The notes: generated from the sequence alone by a model not told the origin. Positions 12,233-25,116 are shown, counted from the stretch's first letter. The stretch is 64,000 nucleotides of DNA from Octopus vulgaris (GCA_951406725.2 OX597818.1:143096001-143160000); one strand, 5' to 3'. Translations and numbers: made by a program.

Positions 12233-14131
12233 ACTTCTTTTATCGATTCTGAAAAAGATGAAAGGCGAAGTCAACATCAGTGGAATTTGAACTCAGAACG
12301 TAAAGACGGACGAAATGCTCGTAAGCATTTTGCCTGGCGTGCTAAAGTTTCTTATGCTAATACTGTGTTTCCCATTAGAAATACGCCTTCCCTCACCCTA
12401 AGTGGGCCCCTGAGGACGACCGAAAAATGGGTGAATGTATTGTCCCCCCCTTTTTTTTTTACAAAATTAAAATTATTTTAAACATGGTCAGCACCATGAC
12501 AAAGGAAGCAGAATTACGCTTTCTCATTAATAAAAAGGAAGAGTCCAAAATGTCCTAACTTTTTGGTGGTTTTGGTGGTAAGAAGCTGGTATTTCTAAGA
12601 CAACAAGTGTGCGAATGGAATTCCCATTTCTGTTAGGCAGGTGTCTTAATTCCTAAAACCTGGGGGAAAGGAATGGATTTAGAAAAGAACATTGAAATTT
12701 TGAATCGAATTCACGGTACGTCTACATATTTTGAATTATTTTGTCCAAGGTATCCTTAATATTTTAAGACGTTAGGTGTGTGTTAGGGCTATGAGAACTA
12801 AACTGTGTGGGGGAGGGTGGTTGAGGGAGATTTAGCTGTTATTTCTAGCGTGTCCAGCGAACACTACCTGCTCGTTATTGTTCAGCAGATGGACGCACGA
12901 ATTAAAACTCTCAGGAAGGTTGGTGTCGGGATAGGTGTGGGTATTCCAAAAACAAAAGAGGGATTCATTTAAAACAAAGAATTGAAATATTTTCATTCCA
13001 GAATCGTAGTCTTTGGATATTTTTACACGGAATTTCAAAAATATTTTGAGAAAAAAGTTGAATACAAAAATATTAGAGGGGTGAGGGAGACATTGAATAT
13101 TTTATTATTAACTTAATATGGGAGACAAAGTGGAAAGGAGTGTCGCTGAAAACATGAGAATCCAAGGAAACTTTTGGAAAGGAAAGTGGATGGGTGGAGG
13201 GTAGTTACTATTTAGATATGTCCGTCTAAATGTTACTTTTGTCTAATTCTCTCATTTAATTTCCAGAAAAATGATGGTGTGGGGAACTACCCTTTTCTTT
13301 ACCACAGAGGTATAGGGTACCACTCCAAGACTTCGTCCCATATTCATGTGGTTTACGTTGTTTGTAGAATTCTCACAGCGATGTCATTTCGTTATTTGAG
13401 AATGGGATAATTAAGTTCCAGTAAGTAAATGGGTGGATAATAAATAGCATTGTGGACGGTTGTTTTGCAGGGTGGCGTAGTTAAAAAATGAATATAAATC
13501 CGGAAGAGTCAGAATAATGTCTAAATATAGTTTTGGGAAGGATATAAGAAGTATGTATGTGTGTGTGTGTGTTCGTTATTGAGGAGGTTACGGTTAAATG
13601 CGTAGCAAGTAAATTGCTTTAAGTTATGTCCGTTTATATGATGAGTAGGAATCGTAACGAGGTGGGTTTTCTCAAGCCATGGCTCCAGTTTGATTAAAAT
13701 AGAGTATGAATTAGTATAGCAGAGTAGCGAAGGCATGGACAACCTTTTTCGACTAGTGAACTGCATGAGATATTGCTCATCATGAATCGGGTCATACGAC
13801 TAAAAGAAAAATTTAACATCGTATTTTGTTAGTGGTTTAGTCCGATTAATTGTAGCGTATGACAGCGGAGTTATAAAAAGAGTTGGTATAATCATGGAAT
13901 TGTTCAATATAGAAAAAGTTGAAGAAAGGCGGCAGGTTGTTATGGAAATGTGTATGGCTGTGTTTGTTTTATAATATATTTAATTATTTAAACGTCGCAG
14001 CAAAGCTGGTAGGCCATGACGAATACATTAGTAAGCATAAAAACAAGAATGATAAGATTTGGTTATATAATAAAAGAAATAAAGCAAGATATTTAGTTTG
14101 AATAATGCAAAGAAATAAAATAAAAAAAAAA

Positions 14132-14426
14132 GGTTGGAGTTCAATTATATCGAACAGGCTGCCAGCCGACGACTATTCACAGGCGCGAACCCACTACTGC
14201 TCGACACGGGGCCTTTTGCCTGCTGCGTTTCCGCCCTGGGCCGAAGCGACCCTCCTTAGACAACCTGGTCCTGATGAGCTCCCTCTCCAGCACCATATTG
14301 ATGCCGAGCTTAGCGCGGACACCCGATCGCCATAGAAGACCGACTACCAGGACTCCCATCCTCAAACCGGTCAACCAACCAAGCCTCCGAGTAGCTGGAT
14401 TACAGGAGCGCGCCACGACTCCCGGC
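14132..14426 (-). ncRNA. 7SL: 7SL / SRP RNA gene, copy 4
   Basis: Same 295-nt sequence; private change in the GGGATCGCGCC motif (GGGTTCGCGCC). Confidence 0.97.
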
Positions 14427-16591
14427 GATGGCACCTGTTCGAATTTAATTAATTAAACCTAATTTGTCTTACTCAGGCCTTGTCCTTTTCTATGTTTAAT
14501 GTTTTTTTAATTATTATTTTACATCTACACAAAGCAAATGCAAAAATTGTCTCTTGACTTAAAAAGTATTTCTTTCCACTTTTCTCATCATTATATACAG
14601 TTACGAGATGACAGCCTCATCTTCATTCGTAGACGCGTCATTTGGATACACAAGGGAGATAACTCCCTAGTACAATAACCACAGCAACTCGCAGATTATA
14701 TGTGGTCGATCCATCTGCTAGAAAAGACAGCCAAATCTCCATCATATCAAATCTTTCATCTGAAAAAAGAGAACGTTGTATTCGATAATCTAATCCTGAA
14801 TGAACGAATATTTCAATTCTTTTGATTGAAAGTCCAGATACAATCGATTCATTGCGTCTTCGTTACTTTCTCGCAGTGAACTGAGACGGTGGTCCTGGAG
14901 TTCTCTTCCGATTCGATTTACGGTCGGGGCTGACTCACTTAGTTTTTGTCTCTTCTCAGGAATCCACACGCAGTGAAAGTTTGTGCTCGTAGTTGCCCTT
15001 CTAGTCTGGCAGTTACCTAAGCTTGTCGACCCCAGTCGTGCCGCGAATGTTGCGGTAGATACCATTTGTGCCTTCAAGAAACATGCTTAAAACAAGGGCT
15101 GAAGGGTGAGCCTTACTTCAGTGATTTTACCGGACACCGGACATTGACACGGAAGTTTTGAAGTCGTCTTGCTATTACTTTATTAGTCACTGATTCTATA
15201 TTCGGGTCATCTAACCCCTTGCCATGTCTTGTTTTTGACTTGGTGAGTTTTTAGCAACCCTCACCCCCGGGCAGGTTTAGCTGAGGATATGGTTTAGTCA
15301 CTGACGCCCCAACGTGGCAATAAGTTGCCCTGTGTTACATGTTACCTGTGGTAATCGTGATAGACTTGACGTAAATCTTAATGTTACATATTTCCTAAAT
15401 AGATGCAATACCTCATCATCACGTCTATTTCCGATACCTACTTGTTGGTCGTAGTCATTGGTACTAAACTGTATGACTATTGATTTCATTACAAGTTTTC
15501 CCCTCTTACGTCCCGAAATGAAGGAAAATATGCCTGTTATGTGGATCAGTGCATAAGATACTGATCCATATAAGTGTGCTAAATGTATCTGACAACTGCA
15601 ACTGGTTCACCCGTTATTCAATCCTCGCAAACCCACCTATTGAGGGGTTGCCTTTCTAATGAAAAACTATTGCACCATCGCCAGTCTTACTAATAGTGTG
15701 AAAGTTGTCGATCTGTTATGTAATTTCAATTTACCGTGGTTTTGGAAAGGACACGGTGGACAATACAATCTAAGATATACGAAAATACGGGCGAAATTTC
15801 TAAAAACCAACATTATTTAACACTCAAGACCGGAGCAATTACAAATCTATATGAATCTGTAAGGGGTTCTTAAGGATTTTCAGTTTTTCCCTGCCCCACA
15901 CTAAAAAAGTCCCACATCACTTGGCTATTAAAATTCCATTCATATCAAAGGTGTAGCTCGAGTGTGTGTTACCCAGGGCAAGTCTTAAGTTTTCCGCGTC
16001 TACTCCGTACAGGTTTATATAGCAAACCCAGAGGTGTTGACCCCGTTAAAAGCGTCGCCCGGGGCGGACCGCCTCCTCACCACTCCCAATTACGCTACTG
16101 ATTCACATCCAAGGTATGTTGTTGCAGTTTTTCTCAAAAGTGGAGAAAGGCGTAGAGGAGCGGAGGGTCAGAGGTTGTAAAGACTAACAAAGCATAGACA
16201 AATCGCTACATTAAATATAATGAAAATTATTTCGAATATTTAAAACTTGTCCAACACCAACCATGGCAAGGAAACAAGAATTGTATCGTTTTCTCATTGA
16301 TAAAGAGGAGGCAGAGGATAAAATATGTCCCTAATATTTTGGTGGTGTTGCGAGTGGTGTTGCGAGTGGTGTTGCGAGTGGTGGTGATAGATATTTGTCA
16401 GTTTGAGAATCACTGCATTATTACGAGAGCAGAAATATTTTCGAGTAAACTGAAATTGCATAGCAACCTAACGAATGTTTCCATGCTATGAGAAAGACTG
16501 GCAGTAGTGCAACACTGTTTCAAGTTTTGGCACAAGGCCAGCAATATCGCTTACATCATTGACCCCAGTGCTCAATTGGTACTTCTTTTAT

Positions 16592-16823
16592 TGGTGAGCT
16601 GGCAGAAACGTTAGCACGCCGGGCGAAATGCTTTGCGGTATTTCGTCTGCCGTTATGTTCTGAGTTCAAATTCTGCCGAGGTCGACTTTATCTTTCATCC
16701 TTTCGGGGTCGATAAATTAAGTACCAGTTACGCACTGGGGTCTATGTAATCGACTTAATCCGTTTGTCTGTCCTTGTTTCTCCCCTCTGTGTTTAGCCCC
16801 TTGTGAGTAATAAAGAAATAGGC
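16592..16823 (+). mobile_element. Same SINE insertion, unit 5
   Basis: Identical insertion point and TSD to 233-464. Confidence 0.85.
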
Positions 16824-17225
16824 ACTTCTTTTATCGATTCTGAAAGGGATGAAAGGCGAGTCGACATCAGTGGAATTTGAACTCAGAACGTAAAGACAGA
16901 CGAAATGCTCCTAAGCATTTTGCCTGGCGTGCTAAAGTTTATTATGCCAATACTGTGTTTCCCATTAGAAAGACGCCTTCCCTCACCCTAAGTGGGCCCC
17001 TGAGGACGACCGAAAATTGGGTGAATGTATTGCCCCCCTCCCCTTTTTTTTATTTTGCAAAATTAAAATTCTTTTAAACATGGTCAGCACCATGACAAAG
17101 GAAGCAGAGTTACGCTTTCTCATTAATAAAAAGGAAGAGTCCAAAATGTCCTAACTTTTTGGTGGTATTGGTGGTAAGAAGCTGGTATTTCTAAGACAAC
17201 AAGTGTGCGAATGGAATTCTCATTT

Positions 17226-18246
17226 ATATATATAATATAATGAAATTATTGTATACAGTGCTCAGGTGCACCACAACTTGTCAGAAAGTGCATATAAAGT
17301 ACATGCAGTAATGTAGAAATGTCAGGAAAGCGAACAATGTATGAGTCAGATACATGCTTGTGTGTGTATGGAGGGGAGAAAATCAAGTGTAGTGTTGGCG
17401 AATCTCAGGAAGCATGGAAGTTTTGAAGGATGCAGTGCTCCGACAACTAACAACCGATGCCGGCAGTTTGTTCCATGCTTCAACAACTCTCAGCGTGAAA
17501 AAAATGTTTCCTGAAGTCATGGGAGCTGTGCTGTTTTCTTACTTTGTAAATATGTCCACGGGTGTTAGATGGGTGGAGTTTGAAAAGGTGCTTAGAGTTA
17601 TTGTTTGTACGATGGTTGATAATTTTATGGGTGTCTGCCAAGTCAGCTGCCAGACGTCGGAGTTTCAATGTGTCCATGCCCAGGGAAGTAAGGCGTTCAG
17701 GATATGGAAATGCCTGATGGAGGGTATTCTTTTGGTTGCACGTCGCTGAACAGCTTCCAGACGATTGATATCCTGGGAAAGATAGGGGTTCCAGACTGGT
17801 GATGCAAATTCCAGGTGAGGTCTTACCATAGCTATATAAAGCCGCAGATAGATAGCCGGAGAGCGGCTCACAAAGGATTTGGTGAGTGATGCCAAGCCAC
17901 CCTCAGCCTTCTTGACAATTTTAGTGATGTGTTTTGTCCAACGCAAATCACTGTCGACAATAACACCCAGGTCACGTTCACATGAAGACTTTTTGAGACT
18001 ATTGTTGTGGAGGGAGTTGGTGGACGCTGGGTTTCTCCTCCCAAAATGCATGGTGGTACATTTGTCCACAGCCAGCTTGAGTTGCCAGTCCATGATCCAC
18101 TGCTGCATTGTGTCCAGGTCTGCTTGCAATAGAGATCAATAGTGTACAGGATTTGACCTCTTTATTTCGAGGTACAGCTTGATGTCATCTGCATATTTCA
18201 GCACTGTGGCATTCTTTAAGTTGGCATCTATGTCATTAACATATGC
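17226..18246 (-). mobile_element. 5'-truncated CR1-clade LINE (RT C-terminus + 3' UTR) inserted in unit 5 only
   Basis: Minus-strand translation YVNDIDANLKNATVLKYADDIKLY...WQLKLAVDKC...ERDLGVIVDSDL...LYIAMVRPHLEFASPVWNPY...LEAVQRRATK...TRGHIYK. It interrupts ...cattt|ctgttaggcagg, which is contiguous in other units. Frameshifted. Confidence 0.92.
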
Positions 18247-19740
18247 CTGTTAGGCAGGTGTCTTAATTCCTAAAACCTGGAAGAAGGGGATGGATTTAGA
18301 AAAGAACATTGAAGTTTTGAATCGAATTCACGGTACGTCTACATATTTTGAAGTATTTTGTCCAAGGTAAATTTAATATTTTAAGACGTTAGGTGTGTGT
18401 TAGGGCTATGAGAACTAAAATGTATGGGGGAGGGTGGCTGAGGGAGATTTAGCTGTTATTTCTAGCGTGTCCAGCGAACACTACCTGCATGTATATTACT
18501 TGCGCGCAGATGGACGCACGAATTTAAAATCTCAGGAAGGTTGGTGTCGGGGTGGGTGTGGGTATTCCAAAAACAAAAGAGGGATTCATTTAAAACAAAG
18601 AATTGAAATATTTTCCCTCCAGAATCGTAGTCTATGGATATTTTTACAAGGGATTTCAAAAATGCTTTGAGAAAAAAGTTGAATACAAAAATATTAGAGG
18701 GGTTAGGGAGACATTGAATGTTTTATTATTAACTTGATATGGGAGACAAAGTGGAAAGGAGTGTCGTTGAAAACATGAGAATCCAAGGAAACTTTTGGAA
18801 AGGAAAAGTGGATGGGTGGAGGGTAGTTACTATTTAGATATGTCCGTCTAAATGTTACTTTTGTCTAATTCTCTCATTTAATTTCCAGAAAAATGATGGT
18901 GTGGGGGACTACCCTTTTCTTTACCACAGAGGTATAGGGCACCACTCCAAGACTTCGTCCCATATTCATGTGGTTTACGTTGTTTGTGGAATTCTCACAG
19001 AGATGTCATTTTGTTATTTGAGAATGGGGTAATTAAGTTCCAGTAAGTAAATGGATGGATAATAAATAGCATTGTGGAAGAATTGTTTTGCAGGGTGGCG
19101 TAGTTAAAAGATGAATATAAATCCAGAAAAGTCTGAATAATGTCTGAATATAGTTTTGAGAGGGATGTAAGAAGTATGTATGTGTGTGTGTGTTCGTTAT
19201 TGAGTAGTTTACTGTTAAATGCGTAGCAAGTAAATTGCTTTAAGGTATGTCCGTTTATATGATGAGTAGGAATCGTAACGAGGTGGGTTTTCTTAAGCAA
19301 TGGCTCCAGCTTGATTAAAATAGAGTATGAATTAGTATAGCAGAGTAGCGAAGGCATGGACAATCTTTTTCGACTAGTGAACTGCATGAGATATTGCTCA
19401 TCATGAATCGGGTCATACGACTAAAAGAAAAATTTAACATTGTATTTTGTTAGTGGTTTAGTCCGATCAGTTGTAGTGTATGACAGCGGAGTTATAAAAA
19501 GAGTTGGTATAATCATGGAATTGTTTAATATAGAAAAAGTTGAAGAAAGGCGGCAGGTTGTTATGGAAATGTGTATGGCTGTGTTTGTTTTATAATATAT
19601 TTAATTATTTAAAGGTCGCAGCAAAGCTGGTAGGCCATGACAATATAAATTACTAAGCATAAAAACAAGAATGATAGAAGATTTGGTTATATAATAAAAG
19701 AAATAAAGCAAGATATTTAGTTTGAATAATGCAAAGAAAT

Positions 19741-19751
19741 AAAAAAAAAAA
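19741..19751 (-). terminator. RNA polymerase III oligo-T terminator of 7SL copy 5 (equivalents follow every copy)
   Basis: Run of 11 T on the minus strand directly after the 7SL 3' end. Confidence 0.85.
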
Positions 19752-20046
19752 GGTTGGAGTTCAATTATATCGAACAGGCTGCCAGCCGACGACTATTCAC
19801 AGGCGCGATCCCACTACTGCTCGACACGGGGCCTTTTGCCTGCTGCGTTTCCGCCCTGGGCCGAAGCGACCCTCCTTAGACAACCTGGTCCTGATGAGCT
19901 CCCTCTCCAGCACCATATTGATGCCGAGCTTAGCGCGGACACCCGATCGCCATAGAAGACCGACTACCAGGACTCCCATCCTCAAACCGGTCAACCAACC
20001 AAGCCTCCGAGTAGCTGGATTACAGGAGCGCGCCACAACTCCCGGC
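19752..20046 (-). ncRNA. 7SL: 7SL / SRP RNA gene, copy 5 (array-terminal)
   Basis: Same 295-nt sequence; shares only ~36 bp of upstream flank with the other copies. Confidence 0.97.
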
Positions 20047-20670
20047 GATGGCACCTGTTCGAATTTAATTACTTAAACCTAACTTCACCTGTTCAAGCGT
20101 TGTTATTTTCCACATTTAAATTTAAAAATTTTTGTTTTATGATTTCACATTTATGCAAACAAAAGCAAAAGTTTTTTTTTTATCTATTTTTAAAATTTAA
20201 ATCTTATTTTCTATTTACATTTCATATCGTTAGAGAGAGAGAGTAGCCTCGTTTCCATTCACTCATTAGGTTTTGATTAGCACAGGGGAGACAAATCATC
20301 AGCACCCTGGTAATACTTTCGTAATTAAAACATTTCTAAAACTGCTACTCAGATTCAAGTGTTGGAATAGCCCCAAATGTCAATCATATAACGACTTTTC
20401 ATTAGTGTGTTTCTGTCCTTTATTTATTGTATTTAATTTAGAAATAACGGAAAATGTTTTTATTATACATTTAAGATTATTTTAATTGGAAATACCTGCA
20501 TAAGTGTGCCCCCCCACCACCACCAACGTCGCGATTTATTTCTTTATAATTTTAAGGAAAATGTGCATTTTTAATGAAGTACCTTTCAGAATGTGTAGAT
20601 TAGGATTATATTGGAATTAATTTTTAAAAGATTTAAATTTTGTAGGGACCTATACATAAATACATACTGA

Positions 20671-21026
20671 CTAGCACTATGACCCGGCGTTGCCGGTTGC
20701 ATGCATATACAGCTGCGTGCGTGCGTGCGCACATACACGCGAGTACTGTCCAAATCTCCGACCAATCACATACAGCCAACTGGCATTCAATTGGCGTATC
20801 GAATTTCGGGTATTTAGATTGGGTTTTGGATAGAAAATTCACAAAAAAGTCACTTCTATTGATTTTTTAATGGCTTTGCGGAGAGACTGGGGAAATGTAA
20901 AGATGTGCACGACCACCCTTGGACGGTTTTGAATGACCACAGAAAGTGCGAACCCTCTAACTGAAAAATTGAGGATTTATATAAAGGATACACACACAGA
21001 CATTTTGCCGTTTATATATAGAGAGA
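20671..21026 (-). mobile_element. Non-autonomous Helitron
   Basis: On the minus strand: 5' TC(TCTCTATATATAAACGGC), 3' GC hairpin (ccggcaacgccgg) then CTAG; inserted at A|T. Homologous to 25276-25640. Confidence 0.75.
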
Positions 21027-21059
21027 TACATATCGCATATCTACAAACGGACTTGTTTC

Positions 21060-23350
21060 GTCTGTGTTCTCTCGAAGCTGTTGAAGAATGTCCACCTATC
21101 CAACAACACCTCGGATTGGCAGAAACTGTCCCTATTCGCTCTGGTGTCTCTCCACGTGACGAGCGGGAGTACTGGATTCTTCACATCTTCCCTTAAATGG
21201 CAGTTGGAGCTGTTCGAGTCCACCCCAACCAATGTTCATCTCAGGTCGGTGATCAACACAACCCCGAACAATGGTCGACCACCAAACTTGAAGAAGGCCA
21301 TTAATGCCAAATTCAGCGAATTTTACATTAAAGGGGCTGTTCACCTCTCTTCTCTTTCTTCCCTAGCCCAGTGCACAACAGATTCCCTCAGTCAGCTGTA
21401 GGAGAAGCATCCTCCAGCCCCTCCGGATGCCTATTTACATTGCCCCGAACTACCAGGTTTTCTACAACCTGTTTTCACCTTCGACAACATCAAAAAGGCG
21501 ATTGCATCCTTTTCGGCGGGTTCTGGTGCTAGGAATGATGGCTTACGATCTCAACATTTCAAACCTGTCAACCGGTGATGCTGGTCTTGAGTTCTTGGAG
21601 AACCTAACACAGTTCATAAACTTGTTCTCGTCCGTGAGTGTCCTTCCCTACATTCGCCCCCTGTTCTTAGGCGTTAAACTATTTGGTCTCATCAAGCCCA
21701 ATGATACCTCGAGCCCCATAGCAGTTGGTTGTACTCTGTGACGGCTCACAGTAAAATGTGTCCTTGGTTTCTAACTGCTTGTCCGCCGAATTTTCCCCTA
21801 CTCAACTCATAATACATTATCACATAGAGGTGGGTACAAAGCTAGGCTGTGAGGCTGCTGTTCATACCACTAGAGCTTTCACCAGCTTGCTTTCTGAGTC
21901 CTCAAACTAGACATCAGGAATACCTTCAATTCCATTATTCAGAGTGACATCCTCCGTGCAGTAAAGTAGAATATCCCACAGGTCTATCATTTTGTTTGGC
22001 AGGTTTTTTGGGAGCCCTTCTATTGGGAGCCCTTCTACTTCTCCTTTGGTGACCACCTCATCCCATCTGTTGCTGGAGTCCAACAGGGTGACCCACTTGG
22101 ACCTGCTCTATTTGTGTGATGATGTTACCAGGATGGGAGCTGACCTGAACTTGAATATCTGGTATCTTGATGTTGCTTGTTTGGTGGGGGAACCCTCCTG
22201 AGAAGGTCCTTGCAACTGCAAGGATGATGACTGAAGAACTTGGTTGTGGGGGCCTTAGCATTAACAGTTCCAAATGTATGCTCTGGCCCCTCAACCATCC
22301 AGCTTTACATCAGCAGACTAAACCTGTTTACAGATTGCTTCCCCTCTATTGCGGTTCCTCCTTCATCAGTGAGGTGCTCTCTTGGAGCCCCAATTACTGA
22401 CTGAGCTTTTGAGTCCATCCTTTGATCCAAGATGGTTAACCTTCAGCAGCTTTCAAAAAGCCTCAAGGTAATTGAGCCTCACCAAAGATTTTTTATACTT
22501 AGGAATTACTTGTTGATTCCTAAATATTGTATTTTCTCAGAGTTAGTCCCTTCTCATCATCTCACCAATGCTTTGATGCCCTAAACTTCAGGAAACTCAA
22601 ATGTTTGGTCAATGTCAGACCCTGAAGAGTCCCACAACCAGGTTTCTTTGCACAAACAGTTGGGGGGTGGGGGTCTAGGTCTGTGTAAGTGCTCTTATCT
22701 ATCTCTTCCCTGTTTTCTTTCCTCCATCCACACTTGCTCTCCTTTAGCACATAACATCCTCTCCAACATGAATTAGTTCCAACAGGAAGATGGCTGAAGC
22801 TCTCTGGGTTTATCAGTTTCTGTTACAGTTGGGGATAGATGAAAGCAGATAGTATGGGACAATCTGCACTCAGGTGCTACTTTCAGCTCTTTCCTTGATC
22901 AATCTGATCAATTTTCAAGGTGTGGCCTACTTTCTACTTCTGCAAAATTCTCCAGAAATGATGGGAAGAGTCCAGATGATCTTACCCTTTGTCCTTGGGT
23001 AAGAAGTAAGTGCTTCATCTGAGATGTCACTGTCTGTGACTCCTTTGCATCCTCCCGCATCTTGGATTCTGCAGTAAATAGAAGGGTTACTGCTTCCATA
23101 GCCAAATGGAACAAAATCTTTAAGTATCGGGACCTGTCAGTGAACTGTCTCTTCCAGCCTGCAGCATTTGAAACATTGAGAAGGGTTAGGCTGTCAATGG
23201 CAATGTTCTTGTCATTGTTGCCAACTCACCTTATTGAGGTATCAGGTGATGCTTGTGTGGGTGCTTGGCTGTCCCAATGCCTTAGCCTTGCCATCACCTG
23301 TGGTAATACCATGAGTGTGTTGGCTTGGTTCAGTAGGTCCTGTTGAAACT
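21060..23350 (+). pseudogene. Decayed non-LTR retrotransposon, CRE-clade-like (RT + restriction-like endonuclease)
   Basis: Broken frames give EKHPPAP, KKAIASFSAGSGARNDGLRSQHF, PIAVGCTL*RL, GCEAAVH, KLDIRNTFNS, GVQQGDPLGP, WYLDV, GLSINSSKC, then RNDGKSPDDLTLCPW...DVTVCDSFA...AFETL...LSLAITCGN. Many stops and frameshifts. Confidence 0.8.
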
Positions 23351-24790
23351 TGTGGTGTGTGACCAATTGAAGCACTGGTTGTTGAATTGATGTTTTTTTT
23401 TTCTTTCCTTGTTTCCCTTTTTCCATTTTAATTTTTGGGTATTGGATTTAACAGACACAAATACGAATTAAATCTAAAGCCGACTATGTTTAATCTTTGG
23501 ATAAAACAAACTGCAATATTGTCTTTAAAAGAAATCACTTGAAAGCATGTATGAATGCAACAACCAATTTTTTTTTTTCATTAAATTCCAATATAATTGT
23601 AATGAACTTCATCTGAAAGGTGTTTGTAGAAAATTTCATTAAAAAATACTTATTTTTCTGAAAGTTATGAGGAAACAAAATCAACTTATGTGAATTATCT
23701 GAAACGCCCTCATCTTTCAAAAAATTTTCTTCCCAAGAAATTCCAATACAATCAGAATCTACACAATCTGAAAGATATTTGTAGAGAATTTCATAATAAA
23801 AAAAAATATCCATTTTTTCTGAAAGTTGTGAAGAAGCAAAGTTGTAGTGGTGATGGCAGGGCATACAGTTGAGGTATTCCTTTAATTGCACTAAAATTAC
23901 ATTTAAATTGACTGAGTAATGACTGTCAGATGCTCTTTTTCTGAATTTATACTTGTAGGTGCCAAGAACCGGAAGTATTTTGCATCCGTGAATTATTTAC
24001 CTGTAAATGTATGTGACTTGTATAGAAGATACTCCTTATCAATTAATGGCTCATAGCGGAGCTTGTAAGTTGGTTGGATGACTTCCACATGTGGCTGTTG
24101 AACTCATTGTCCTTGCTAATACTAATTACAAATGTTAGTTTCAAAATTTAGCACAAGGCCAACAATTTCAGGGGTGGGGCTAAGTCAATTACATCGACCC
24201 CAATACTCAATTGGTACTTATTTTATTGACCCCTGAAAGGATGAAAGCTAAGTCAACCTCAGTGGCATTTGAACTCAGGATGCAAAGACAGTCAAAATAC
24301 TGTGAAGCATTTTGCCTGACATGCCAACAATCTTGGTAGCTTGCTGCCTTACTCATAATGAATATTAACCTGGAGAAAGTGGAATAGTGTAAATAACATT
24401 GTGGGAAAGAAACTAGAGACATACAAAGAGGAGTATGTGTAGCGGTCTCTGCATTCAAATCACAGTGTTGTGATCTTTCATTGTGTTGTATCTGTTATAA
24501 AAGATAATCACTGAACTAAGAGCAATATATAAATCTATAATTGAATTAATGGAAGGTTTATTTAAAATAGTGAATGAGTTCAGTTGTTATGAACTATTCA
24601 CATGCACCATCCTGCTGTGCAATATGATTGAAACAAACCATTTTATCTGTTATGTTACCAATGTGTTGAATCACCAACCCATGAACCCACCAACCAGCTG
24701 AGCCTGCAGAAGCACACCACACCTCCACAGCAATCACGTTAAAGTAAATTAAATTACTGCATTTTCTATGAATCCTATTTCTTTCTTTCT

Positions 24791-25116
24791 AATAATAATG
24801 AAATTATTGTATACAGTGCTCAGGTGCACCACAACTTGTCAATAGTGCGTATAAAGCATATGCAGTAATGTACCAATGTCTGGAAAGTGAACAATGTATG
24901 AGTCAGATACATGCTTGCATGTGTATGGGGGAGGAAAAAGCAGGTGTAGTGTTGACGAATCTCAGGAAGCATGGAAGTTTTGAAGGATGCAGTGCTCCGA
25001 CAACTAACAACTGATGCCGGCAGTTTGTTCCATGCTTCAGCAACTCTCAGCGTGAAAAAATGTTTCCTAAAGTCATGGGAGCTGTGCTGTTTTCTGACTT
25101 TGTAAATATGTCCACA
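24791..25116 (-). mobile_element. CR1 LINE 3' fragment (same family as 17226-18246)
   Basis: Closely matches 17235-17558, including the 3' UTR and (ATT)n tail. Confidence 0.88.

Larger units (their letters stand above)
1..20082. repeat. Tandem array of 7SL-containing units (5 gene copies; spacings 3199, 4375, 4568, 5620 bp); extends beyond the left edge
   Basis: Near-identical kb-scale blocks recur (e.g. gaagagtccaaaatgtcctaac near 773, 3590, 7960, 12540, 17135). Similarity ends abruptly after acttaaacctaa at ~20082. Confidence 0.97.
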
